From Candidatus Limnocylindrales bacterium (GTDB taxonomy: Bacteria > Chloroflexota > Limnocylindria > Limnocylindrales > CSP1-4), in contig DASYTG010000059.1 of NCBI GenBank assembly GCA_036002525.1, positions 6,071-70,070 of the forward strand: a stretch of 64,000 nucleotides of DNA, read 5' to 3'. How positions within the stretch are numbered: position 1 is the stretch's first letter; every line of letters starts with the position of its first letter. The notes under the pieces are model-generated. The model did no database searches, was not told the DNA's origin, and was given only the letters and a program-made list of their open reading frames with translations. Made by a program: the position numbers and the translations under genes. This document shows, piece by piece, positions 18,116-25,555 of this stretch.

Positions 18116-19450
18116 GTGACCGTCGGGCCGGACGCCGACCGACTGGCGGCTGACGCCGACCGACTGCCGGCCGACGCCGACCGATTGCCGGCGATCGCCG
18201 CCTCGCTGCGGCGAGCCGCCGGCCGGTTCGGGACGCCGACGTACGGCACCGACATCGCGACGCTCGATGCGTCGGCCACGGCGGTCAGCGCCGCGTTCCC
18301 GGATCCGTGGCTGCGCCATTACTCGGTCAAGGCGAACGACGTCGCCGCGATCGTCGGGCTCGTCGCGGAGCGCGGGTTCGGGGCGAACGTCGTGTCGCGC
18401 GGCGAGTGGCAGGTCGCCCGCCGGGCCGGCCTGCCCAACGAGCGGATCACGCTCGAGGGGATCGGCAAGACCGATGCGGATCTGCGGGCGGCGGTGGCCT
18501 CCGCGCGAGACGGCCGGCCACCGCGGTGGGTCGCGATCGAATCGGTCGACGAGGCGACGGCGCTGGCGGCCATCGCCGGTCGATCACCACGCGCCCGGCT
18601 CGACGTCCTGTTCCGGCTCAACCCGGACGTCGCTCCGGAGACGCACAGCGGCCTGGCGGTCGGGGCCGGCGGATCGAAGTTCGGGATGACCGAGACGGAG
18701 CTCACGGCGGCCGTCGAAGCGTTGACCGAGGGAGGCGACGCCGCCGGGCTCCGACCCCGCGGGATCCATCTGCATGTCGGGTCGCAGCTCGGCGCGGTCG
18801 ACGCTTGGCGTGACGCGGCTCGTCGCGGGCTGGCGCTCCTCGCGCTGGTCCGCGGCAACCTGGCGGACTTCGACACGCTCGACTTCGGGGGTGGCTTCCC
18901 GGTCGGGTCGGTCGACGGGGCGGTGCCGGATCCGGCCCGCTTCGCCCGCGAGCTTCCGCCGCTCCTCGAGGCGATCCCCGAGGACCGCCGGCCCCGCCGG
19001 CTCGCCATCGAGCCCGGCCGCTATCTCGTCGCTCGAGCCGGCTGGCTCCTGGCCCGGGTGCTCCACGTCCGCGAGCGAGGCGGACGCCAGATCGTCATCG
19101 ATGCCGGGATGACGGAGCTCATCCGGCCGGCGCTGTACGGCGCCTACCACGGGATCGTGGCGCTGACCTCGCTCGGGCGGCCGTTCGAGCCGTGGGCCGG
19201 CGGCGCGCATCCGTCCCTGGAGCCGGCCTGGGTCGAGGGCCCGATCTGCGAATCGACCGACGCGCTCGGCGAGCATCCCCTCCCCGCCGTCCGCCGCGGC
19301 GATCTCGTCGCGATCCGGGAGGCCGGCGCATACGCGGCCTCGCTCGGGTCGACCTACAACGGCCGCCCGCGCCCGCCCCAGGTCCTGCTGGCGGCCGACG
19401 GGAGGCTGATCCTCGCCCGGCGCCGGGGAAGCCTCGGCTCGCTCGGGTAG
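18116..19450 (+). CDS. lysA: diaminopimelate decarboxylase
   Basis: HYSVKAN (PLP lysine), GIHLHVGSQ and EPGRYLVA motifs of the group IV decarboxylases. The first 26 codons contain a 21-bp x3 repeat, so the true start may be further downstream. Confidence 0.8.
   Translation: MTVGPDADRLAADADRLPADADRLPAIAASLRRAAGRFGTPTYGTDIATLDASATAVSAAFPDPWLRHYSVKANDVAAIVGLVAERGFGANVVSRGEWQVARRAGLPNERITLEGIGKTDADLRAAVASARDGRPPRWVAIESVDEATALAAIAGRSPRARLDVLFRLNPDVAPETHSGLAVGAGGSKFGMTETELTAAVEALTEGGDAAGLRPRGIHLHVGSQLGAVDAWRDAARRGLALLALVRGNLADFDTLDFGGGFPVGSVDGAVPDPARFARELPPLLEAIPEDRRPRRLAIEPGRYLVARAGWLLARVLHVRERGGRQIVIDAGMTELIRPALYGAYHGIVALTSLGRPFEPWAGGAHPSLEPAWVEGPICESTDALGEHPLPAVRRGDLVAIREAGAYAASLGSTYNGRPRPPQVLLAADGRLILARRRGSLGSLG
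18131..18193 (+). repeat. 21-bp x3 in-frame tandem repeat (DADRLAA/DADRLPA)
   Basis: gacgccgaccgactggcggct / gacgccgaccgactgccggcc / gacgccgaccgattgccggcg, at the annotated 5' end of lysA. Confidence 0.9.
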
Positions 19451-19546
19451 GCGTTCGGCTCGGGCAGGGGTTTCGGCTCGGGCAGGGGGTTCGGCTCGGG
19501 CAGGCGTTCGGCTCGGGCAGGCGTTCGGCTCGGGTAGGCTTTCGGC
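19436..19546 (+). repeat. six tandem copies of a 17-18-nt unit (GGCTCGGGCAGGCGTTC) filling the lysA / yitJ-like spacer
   Basis: Copies start at 19436 (degenerate, contains the lysA stop), 19457, 19475, 19493, 19510 and 19527. The next gene starts at 19547. Confidence 0.9.
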
Positions 19547-21568
19547 GTGAACGAGCGCGAGCGATTCCGCGAACGGCTGGCAGCCTCGCCGATCCTCGCC
19601 GACGGCGCGATGGGGACGCTCCTCTTCAGCCGCGGCGTCCCCCAGCGCGCCTGCCTGGACGAGCTGCCGACGACCCGGCCGGACCTCATCAACGCGGTCC
19701 ACCGGGAATACCTCGAGGCCGGCGCGGACCTCATCGAGACCGCGACGTTCGGGGCCAACCGGATCCGGCTCGCCTCGTTCGGCCTCGCCGCCGAGGCCCA
19801 CCGGTTCAACCGGCGCGCCGCCCAGGTCGCCCGCGAGGCGCGCGACGTGGCCGGTCGGGACGCGCTCGTCGGCGGGTCCATCGGTCCTCTCGGCGCGCCG
19901 ACCAGGGAGCTGCTCCACCTCAGCGAGTCGAGGATCCGGGCGGCGTACCGCGAGCAAATCGACGGGCTGCTCGAGGGAGGCGTCGACGTCCTCGTCATCG
20001 AGACCCACATCGATCTCGGGCACCTCCTGCTGGCGATCGACGAGGCGCGCCGCGCGGCGGACCTGCCGATCGTCGCGGAGCTGACCTTCGGCGAGGACCT
20101 CGCGCTGCCCGACGGGACGACTCCCGACGCCGCGGTCCGGGCGCTCCTCGGGACGGGCGTCGAGGCCTTCGGGGTCAACTGCGGCGTGGGACCGCAGGCC
20201 TGCCTCGATGCGCTCGAGGCGATGGGCCGGGCGGCGACCGGGGCGGACCATTCGGCCGCCCGCTCGATCATGCCGAACGCCGGCCTGCCGCAGCGAATCG
20301 AGGGGCAGTTCGTGTACGCCGCGCCGCCCGACTATTTCGCCGGCATGGTTCCGCGGTTCGTCGGCGCCGGGGCACGGATCGTCGGCGGATGCTGCGGGAC
20401 GACGCCGGACCACATCGCGGCGATGCGGGCTGCGATCGATGCGATCGCGACCGCCGACGAGCACCGGGCGCGGGCACGGGCGGCCGGCACGATCGGCCGG
20501 ACGACGCGAGCGGACGGTGTCGCCCCGGCCCCGCGTGCCCCGATCGCGGAGCGCCAGGGCGACGCGGCTCGCCCGGTCGGCGAGGCGCCGCCCCCGACCC
20601 CCCTCCTCGAGAAGCTGCGCACCGGCGCATTCATCGTCTCGGTCGAGATCGATCCCCCGCGCTCGATCCGGATCGACCGGACGATCGAGGCGGCCCGACT
20701 GCTCCGGGGGGCCGGCGTCGACGCGGTGAACATCAGCGACTCGGCGATGGCCCGGGTGCGGATGGGTGCGATGGCCGTCGCATTCGGGATCCAGCACGAC
20801 CTCGACCTCGAGTGCCTCGTCCACTTCACGACGCGCGACCGGAACCTTATGGCGATCGAGTCCGAGCTACTCGGCGCGCACGCGCTGGGGGTCCGCAACA
20901 TCATCGCGCTCACCGGCGATCCGCCGCGGGTCGGCGACTACCCGACCGGCACCGGGGTGTGGGACGTCGATTCGATCGGCCTGATCGAGATCCTCACCCG
21001 CCTGAACCGCGGCGAGGACCAGGCCGGATCGCCGATCGGGCAGCGGGCCGGGTTCACGATCGCCTGCGCCCTCGACCCGACCGCGGCCGACGCGGCGACC
21101 GAGTGGGACCGCCTGGAGCGGAAGATCGAGGCCGGGGCGCACCTGATCATGACCCAGCCGCTCTACAGCACCCAGCAGGTCGAGGCGATGGACGCCGAGT
21201 CGCGCCGGCGGTTCGGGCCGGGCGGGTTCCCGCTGCCGGTTCTCCTCGGCGTTCTGCCGCTCCAGAGCACGCGGCACGCCGAGTTCCTCCACAACGAGGT
21301 TCCCGGGATCACGATCCCGGACGCAGCGCGCGACGCGATGCGGGCGGCCGGCGAGCACGGCGCGGAGGTCGGGCTCGAGATGAGCCTGACGATGCTCGAG
21401 GAGGTCGAGACGCTCGTCGCCGGGACGTACATCATGCCGAGCTTCGGGCGGTACGAGCAGTGCGCCGAGCTCGTCCGCCGAATCCGGGCACGGCACGCAG
21501 CGCGGGCCGCATCGGCCTCGGCGGCCCCGTCGGCCTCCTCGGCTTCGTCGGCCTCGTCGGCCGGGTGA
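19547..21568 (+). CDS. bifunctional homocysteine S-methyltransferase / methylenetetrahydrofolate reductase (YitJ-like)
   Basis: The N-terminal part, ILADGAMGTLL...GADLIETATFGAN...GGCCGTTPDHI, is an S-methyltransferase domain. After a P/A linker, the C-terminal FIVSVEIDPP...ALTGDPP part is a MetF-type domain. Confidence 0.85.
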   Translation: MNERERFRERLAASPILADGAMGTLLFSRGVPQRACLDELPTTRPDLINAVHREYLEAGADLIETATFGANRIRLASFGLAAEAHRFNRRAAQVAREARDVAGRDALVGGSIGPLGAPTRELLHLSESRIRAAYREQIDGLLEGGVDVLVIETHIDLGHLLLAIDEARRAADLPIVAELTFGEDLALPDGTTPDAAVRALLGTGVEAFGVNCGVGPQACLDALEAMGRAATGADHSAARSIMPNAGLPQRIEGQFVYAAPPDYFAGMVPRFVGAGARIVGGCCGTTPDHIAAMRAAIDAIATADEHRARARAAGTIGRTTRADGVAPAPRAPIAERQGDAARPVGEAPPPTPLLEKLRTGAFIVSVEIDPPRSIRIDRTIEAARLLRGAGVDAVNISDSAMARVRMGAMAVAFGIQHDLDLECLVHFTTRDRNLMAIESELLGAHALGVRNIIALTGDPPRVGDYPTGTGVWDVDSIGLIEILTRLNRGEDQAGSPIGQRAGFTIACALDPTAADAATEWDRLERKIEAGAHLIMTQPLYSTQQVEAMDAESRRRFGPGGFPLPVLLGVLPLQSTRHAEFLHNEVPGITIPDAARDAMRAAGEHGAEVGLEMSLTMLEEVETLVAGTYIMPSFGRYEQCAELVRRIRARHAARAASASAAPSASSASSASSAG

Positions 21569-21619
21569 CGGCCTCGTCGGCCGGGTGACGGCCTCATCGG
21601 CCGGGTGACGGCCGGCTGA
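21549..21619 (+). repeat. 20-nt x3.5 tandem repeat spanning the stop codon of the yitJ-like gene
   Basis: cggcctcgtcggccgggtga at 21549, 21569 and 21589 (one substitution), plus a partial copy at 21609-21619. Confidence 0.9.
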
Positions 21620-21641
21620 CGGCTCCGAAACGCGCGTCGGC

Positions 21642-21647
21642 TACACT
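21642..21647 (+). promoter_or_regulatory. candidate -10 (TACACT) for a leaderless SnoaL-like transcript
   Basis: A TAnnnT hexamer lies 6 nt upstream of ATG 21654. No SD is present. Confidence 0.3.
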
Positions 21648-21653
21648 CGGGCC

Positions 21654-21983
21654 ATGGGTGCCGTCGAGACGATGGAGACGTTCTTCGAGCTGCTGAACGC
21701 GGGCGACCGCGAAGGCGCCGTCGCGATGATGTCCGAGATGACCGAGATGCGGGTCCACGTCGGCGACAGCGTCCAGACGTTGCGTGGGGTGGAGCGCGTC
21801 GGGGGCTGGTTCCTCCGCGGCGAGAAGGGCCTGAAGATGATCCCGGGCGGCGTCCGCGACACCGGCAACACCTACGAGGCGGACCTCCTGGTCGTGCGGC
21901 CGGGCGCGCCGTCGCAGCACCTCGACGCGACGTTCCGGGTCGAGGCCGGGAAGATCACCTCGATCAACTTCGCCCCGCGCTAG
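21654..21983 (+). CDS. SnoaL/NTF2-like small protein
   Basis: 109 aa. The METFFELLNAGDREGAVAMM start is typical of the NTF2-like fold. A TACACT -10 lies 6 nt upstream of the ATG, so the transcript may be leaderless. Confidence 0.65.
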   Translation: MGAVETMETFFELLNAGDREGAVAMMSEMTEMRVHVGDSVQTLRGVERVGGWFLRGEKGLKMIPGGVRDTGNTYEADLLVVRPGAPSQHLDATFRVEAGKITSINFAPR

Positions 21984-22035
21984 GGCGCGCCCCCAGAGGT
22001 CTCGCTCCGGCGATCCGGCCAGTCAGTCATGGCTG

Positions 22036-22146
22036 GACTACGAGGCTCGATCGGGGGGCGTTCCAAGGCCTGGACCCCAGCCCTGGGGCCATTGGCCAGG
22101 CTCAGGGCGCGACATCAAGGGGCTCGGAAGCGCGCCTCGTAGTCCC
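22036..22146. other. inverted-repeat-bounded structured element (candidate sRNA, bidirectional terminator or MITE-like)
   Basis: GGACTACGAGGC (22036-22047) pairs perfectly with GCCTCGTAGTCC (22135-22146). The 87-nt interior contains nested hairpins (GCCTGG/CCAGGC, CCCCA/TGGGG). It lies in a convergent gap. Confidence 0.4.
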
Positions 22147-22199
22147 TGGATGGATGGATGGCCACGTGTCGCGTCGCTGTCGGCCGTGGGATGGGCACT

Positions 22200-23393
22200 C
22201 TAAGGCGCGGGTGACGGCTCCGGCGAGCCGCCGAGCTCGTCCGGCGGGGTGGTCGGGATGATGACCTCGTCGCCGATCTGGAGCGCATCAGGGTTCGGGT
22301 GCAGCTCGCGGTTCGCCTCGATGAGCTCGTCGAGCCCGACGCCGAACAGGGTCGCGATCCTCGACATCGTGTCGCCCGCCTTGACGATGTAGATCTGCGG
22401 CGTCGGGGGCGGGACGGGCGTCGGCTCGACCGACACGGACGGACCGACGGATCCCGGCGGCGCCGATGTTCGGTCGCCGGTCTGCGGGGTCGTGCCGCCG
22501 AGCCCGAGCAGCTGCGGGAGGAAGAAGAGCCCGATCGCGGCGAGGACGAGCGCGATCGCCATCGCCCCGACCCGCGACACCGATGGCATGCCCACCCTGG
22601 ACTTCAGCGGTGGGTACGGCTCGTGGTGGCGCGGCCGCTCCCACGACGGTCCGACCTCGTCCCAGCCGCGACCCCGCCGGGTGTCGCCGACGCGCGGTCG
22701 CCGATCGCGCCCGAAGCTGATCCCGCCGGACGCTCGCTCGGACCGGGCTCGGCCCCGCGGCTGCGAGTCGAAGTCGTCGCCGAGCTCGTCCTCGAAAACC
22801 TCTCCTCCGCGGTCGTCGTAGTCGTCGTCTTCGGGTTCGGGGAGGATGTCCCGACGGTCGGATCGCTCGGGCTCGACCGGGCGGGCACCAGCTGTTTCCT
22901 CGCCTGCCCAGCGGTCCGCGGCGCTTCCCGCGAGCCCCGCTCCGGCCGCCGCCGATCGCGACGCGAGGAACCCGGGCGCCTCGTTCGATTCGTCCTCGTC
23001 GCCGAACAGGCCAGGGCCCACGGCGGACCCTGCCCCAGCCGCGGCAGCTTCCGCTCCACCGGCGTCACCGGCCCACGGCGGCGGCGCCGACCAGTCGCGC
23101 GGCGGGTTCCGCGGGGGCTGGTCCTGGCTGCGGAGCGGCTCGACGCCGGCGCTGCCGGTCCGTGCGTGGGCAGCCTCCCGCCGGGCCCAGTCCTGGAACG
23201 TGGGGCACACCGGGAACGTGCTGGCGAGGCAGTACGCCTCCTGGTGGGCGAGAGCCCGGGGCGCGGGTCGCGGCTCGGCGTAGCAGCGGTGCCGGTGATC
23301 GGGGCTCATAGCGCGCTCGTCACGATCGTCCTCGAACGCGACGAACGGGCAGACCTGGGCGCCGTCGACGATGGGCAGACCGCGATCGCTCAT
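22200..23393 (-). CDS. LysM-domain membrane protein with a Cys/His-rich cytoplasmic N-terminal domain
   Basis: C-terminal LysM domain YIVKAGDTMSRIATLFGVGLDELIEANR. One TM segment (AMAIALVLAAIGLFFLP). The N-terminus is CPFVAF...HRHRC...C...CP. Start set at ATG 23393. Confidence 0.75.
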   Translation of the reverse strand: MSDRGLPIVDGAQVCPFVAFEDDRDERAMSPDHRHRCYAEPRPAPRALAHQEAYCLASTFPVCPTFQDWARREAAHARTGSAGVEPLRSQDQPPRNPPRDWSAPPPWAGDAGGAEAAAAGAGSAVGPGLFGDEDESNEAPGFLASRSAAAGAGLAGSAADRWAGEETAGARPVEPERSDRRDILPEPEDDDYDDRGGEVFEDELGDDFDSQPRGRARSERASGGISFGRDRRPRVGDTRRGRGWDEVGPSWERPRHHEPYPPLKSRVGMPSVSRVGAMAIALVLAAIGLFFLPQLLGLGGTTPQTGDRTSAPPGSVGPSVSVEPTPVPPPTPQIYIVKAGDTMSRIATLFGVGLDELIEANRELHPNPDALQIGDEVIIPTTPPDELGGSPEPSPAP

Positions 23394-23422
23394 GTCGGCG
23401 CAATGGTACCCGCCCAGACAGG

Positions 23423-23454
23423 GAGGAACCGCCCGCCGAAGCGGACGGTTCCTC
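23423..23454 (-). promoter_or_regulatory. stable 5'-UTR hairpin with a UUCG tetraloop upstream of the LysM gene
   Basis: mRNA sense is GAGGAACCGUCCGC-UUCG-GCGGGCGGUUCCUC, 13 Watson-Crick pairs plus one G.U. On the opposite strand that G.U position becomes a C.A mismatch. Confidence 0.4.
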
Positions 23455-23618
23455 GGCCACGAGCGGCCGGATGAGCGCCCGGCGCGGGCTGACTCCCCCG
23501 GCAAGTCAATCTGCGCGCCGGCCAGCGAGGCCGCGGCCGCTGGATGCCGCCCCAGGCTCCTGACCACGCTCAGTCAGAAAAGGACTGACTCACCCGTGGG
23601 TAGGGGCTCCGCGAATGC

Positions 23619-24179
23619 TCAGTAGGCTCCGAGCCTCGCCCGGATCGTGTCGCGCGTTCCCACGACGCCACCCAGCGCGGCCGAGGCGGCGGTGAGGGCG
23701 AGAGCGAGGAACGTGTTGAGCGCGCCCGACTGGACCTGGGTCAGATCGGGTGCTTCGGTCGTCGGGAACATCCCGCCGACGTCGCCGAACAGCGCACCGA
23801 GCCCGAGGGCTCCGCCGACGAGCACCACGAGGAGCCAGAGGGCCCACACGAGGAACCCATCGAGCGCGCCGCGCCGGTTGTCCAGGGCGTTGTCCGACCA
23901 CGAGGCCACGAACCCGCCGAGGAAGAAGCTGACGAGGGCGATGATCGATCCGACGATCGTCGCGACCATCGTCTCGTCCTGGCCTGCGGCCGTTCCCAGC
24001 CCCAGCCCGACGGCGAGGAGACTGAGAAGAATGAACACGCCGAGGGCGGTGAGGAGGCCGGCGACGATCGGCCCCCAGCGGAGCGCGCGGGCTCCTGCGT
24101 CGGCGGCGGGGGCGGCGACGGCCACATCTCGCTCGACGACGACGTCCGGGCCGCGCGCCGGATCGTTGCGCAGCGTCAT
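23619..24179 (-). CDS. four-TM membrane protein (hypothetical)
   Basis: 186 aa beginning at ATG 24179, preceded by AAAGGGAGG. Four hydrophobic G/A/L-rich segments. G/C predominates at third codon positions. Confidence 0.6.
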   Translation of the reverse strand: MTLRNDPARGPDVVVERDVAVAAPAADAGARALRWGPIVAGLLTALGVFILLSLLAVGLGLGTAAGQDETMVATIVGSIIALVSFFLGGFVASWSDNALDNRRGALDGFLVWALWLLVVLVGGALGLGALFGDVGGMFPTTEAPDLTQVQSGALNTFLALALTAASAALGGVVGTRDTIRARLGAY

Positions 24180-24197
24180 GAGTGCAAACCTCCCTTT

Positions 24198-24214
24198 GGC
24201 CGGCGTCGCCGGCC
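24198..24214 (-). promoter_or_regulatory. perfect 8+1+8 palindrome between the micro-ORF and the membrane-protein gene
   Basis: GGCCGGCG-N-CGCCGGCC sits immediately 5' of the AAAGGGAGG SD of gene 23619-24179. Confidence 0.35.
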
Positions 24215-24229
24215 GGTGCGATCGGCTGT

Positions 24230-24289
24230 CTAGAAGAGCAGCCGGAGCACGATGATGATCAGGATGATCGTGATCAAAAGCCCGATCAT
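24230..24289 (-). CDS. 19-aa hydrophobic micro-ORF (MIGLLITIILIIIVLRLLF)
   Basis: The ATG is preceded by AAAGGGAGG at 6-nt spacing, the same SD as the gene 50 nt downstream. It forms a single hydrophobic helix and is below the ORF-track threshold. Confidence 0.4.
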   Translation of the reverse strand: MIGLLITIILIIIVLRLLF

Positions 24290-24581
24290 TGGGCGCCTCC
24301 CTTTGCCAGTTGTCTGGGCGCCTCAATCGGACCCCAGACCGCGTTACAGATTCACCGTCGCGTGGCGCCGGGGCGCGTCAACGGTGGTGGCATTGAGGGC
24401 CCAGGGGACGGGCCGAGGGAGGAACCGCGGACCGGGCCGACGGCGCCTTCGTGTTCACGCTGCGGGTCGTGATGCCGGATGAGCACGCGATCGTGACGCT
24501 CGACGCAGCGACCGGCGCCATCCGCGACTCGCGGGTCGTGCCAGGACCGCGATGACCACGCCCTGCTGCTCCCACGAGCGT

Positions 24582-24610
24582 TTGACAGCCTTGGTCGGGG
24601 CTCTGACACT
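24582..24610 (+). promoter_or_regulatory. candidate sodN promoter
   Basis: TTGACA (24582-24587), a 17-nt spacer, then GACACT (24605-24610), about 70 nt upstream of the sodN ATG. Confidence 0.35.
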
Positions 24611-24681
24611 TCGGGGAGTTCAGTTGCGACCGCCACGATCCCGGCGGAACGCACGGCCCTGAAAGTGCCCGAAGGAGAACC

Positions 24682-25113
24682 ATGTCCCGACTGACCGATT
24701 GGCTGGCCCCGCGGACGGTCGTCAAGGCGCATTGCGACCTGCCGTGCGGCATCTACGACCCGGAGCAGGCCCGGATCGAGGCCGAGTCCTGCTACAAGAT
24801 CATCGAGAAGATGGGCGCGAACTCGGATCCGGCGTTCACGACCCGCGCGATCCTCATCAAGGAGGAGCGGGCGGAGCTCACGAAGCACCACCTCGATGTC
24901 CTGTGGCACGACTACTTCAAGCCGGAGCACCTCGATAAGGTCCCGAACCTCCACGAGATGTTCTGGAACGCGACGAAGCAGGCATCGAAGGTGAAGGCGT
25001 CGACCGACATCGCCGACGCGAAGAAGCTGCTCGACATGATCGACGAGATCGACGAGGCCTGGATCGCCACAGGCGGAGCGGAGAAGACCCGGGTCGCGAA
25101 GCAGCCGGCCTGA
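24682..25113 (+). CDS. sodN: nickel superoxide dismutase precursor
   Basis: A pro-peptide is followed by HCDLPCGIYDP, the Ni-hook motif of NiSOD. GAAGGAGAA SD upstream. Confidence 0.9.
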   Translation: MSRLTDWLAPRTVVKAHCDLPCGIYDPEQARIEAESCYKIIEKMGANSDPAFTTRAILIKEERAELTKHHLDVLWHDYFKPEHLDKVPNLHEMFWNATKQASKVKASTDIADAKKLLDMIDEIDEAWIATGGAEKTRVAKQPA

Positions 25114-25133
25114 TCGATCGAGCCGCCGGCGCG

Positions 25134-25538
25134 ATGGCCCGCACGCGCGGCGGGCCGTGGCGGGTGAAGGTCGCCGAGGCGAGCATGCTTCCGGCGATCG
25201 CGCCCGGCGACTGGCTGCTCGTCGACCCGACGGTGGCCCGCTGGCCGCGCCGCGGATCGGTCGTCGTCTTTCGCGAGCCAGACACCGACGAGCTCGCCAT
25301 CAAGCGCATCGCGGCCGGACCGGGCGAGGAGGTCCGCTTCCGCGAGGGTCTCCTCCGGCTCGCGGACGACGAGGCCTGGCTGACTGCAGATGCGGACGTC
25401 GAGACGGCCGCCGCGGCGGGTTTCGGGGCGCCGCGCGATTCGACCCGCTACGGGCCGGTTCCCCTCGAGCTGCTCGTCGGACGGGCGTGGTTCCGCTATG
25501 GGCCATTGCGGCGGTTCGGGAGGCTCATGTCGGGCTGA
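25134..25538 (+). CDS. sodX: NiSOD maturation protease (S26 signal-peptidase-like)
   Basis: Contains the EASMLPAIAPGDWLLVD...AIKRI S26 Ser/Lys-type motifs and lies immediately downstream of sodN. Confidence 0.8.
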   Translation: MARTRGGPWRVKVAEASMLPAIAPGDWLLVDPTVARWPRRGSVVVFREPDTDELAIKRIAAGPGEEVRFREGLLRLADDEAWLTADADVETAAAAGFGAPRDSTRYGPVPLELLVGRAWFRYGPLRRFGRLMSG

Positions 25539-25555
25539 CACGGCCCGTCACGGCC

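Noticed and set aside
19436-21619. The tandem arrays at 19436-19546 and 21549-21619, considered as CRISPR-like arrays.
   Set aside because: The units are directly abutting 17-20-nt repeats with no unique spacers, and no cas genes are present. They are simple tandem repeats.
22030-22143. A 37-codon ATG ORF inside the inverted-repeat element (MAGLRGSIGGRSKAWTPALGPLARLRARHQGARKRAS).
   Set aside because: It has no SD, its composition is basic and low-complexity, and its ends coincide with the inverted-repeat arms. It is more likely an accident of the RNA or DNA structure.
24457-24555. A short frame with good GC3 (VFTLRVVMPDEHAIVTLDAATGAIRDSRVVPGPR) in the sodN upstream region.
   Set aside because: The frame is closed by a TGA 20 codons upstream of its first possible start. 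The nearest SD-like sequence is about 27 nt away, and the frame is only 32 codons long. It may be a gene remnant, but it is not supportable as a feature.
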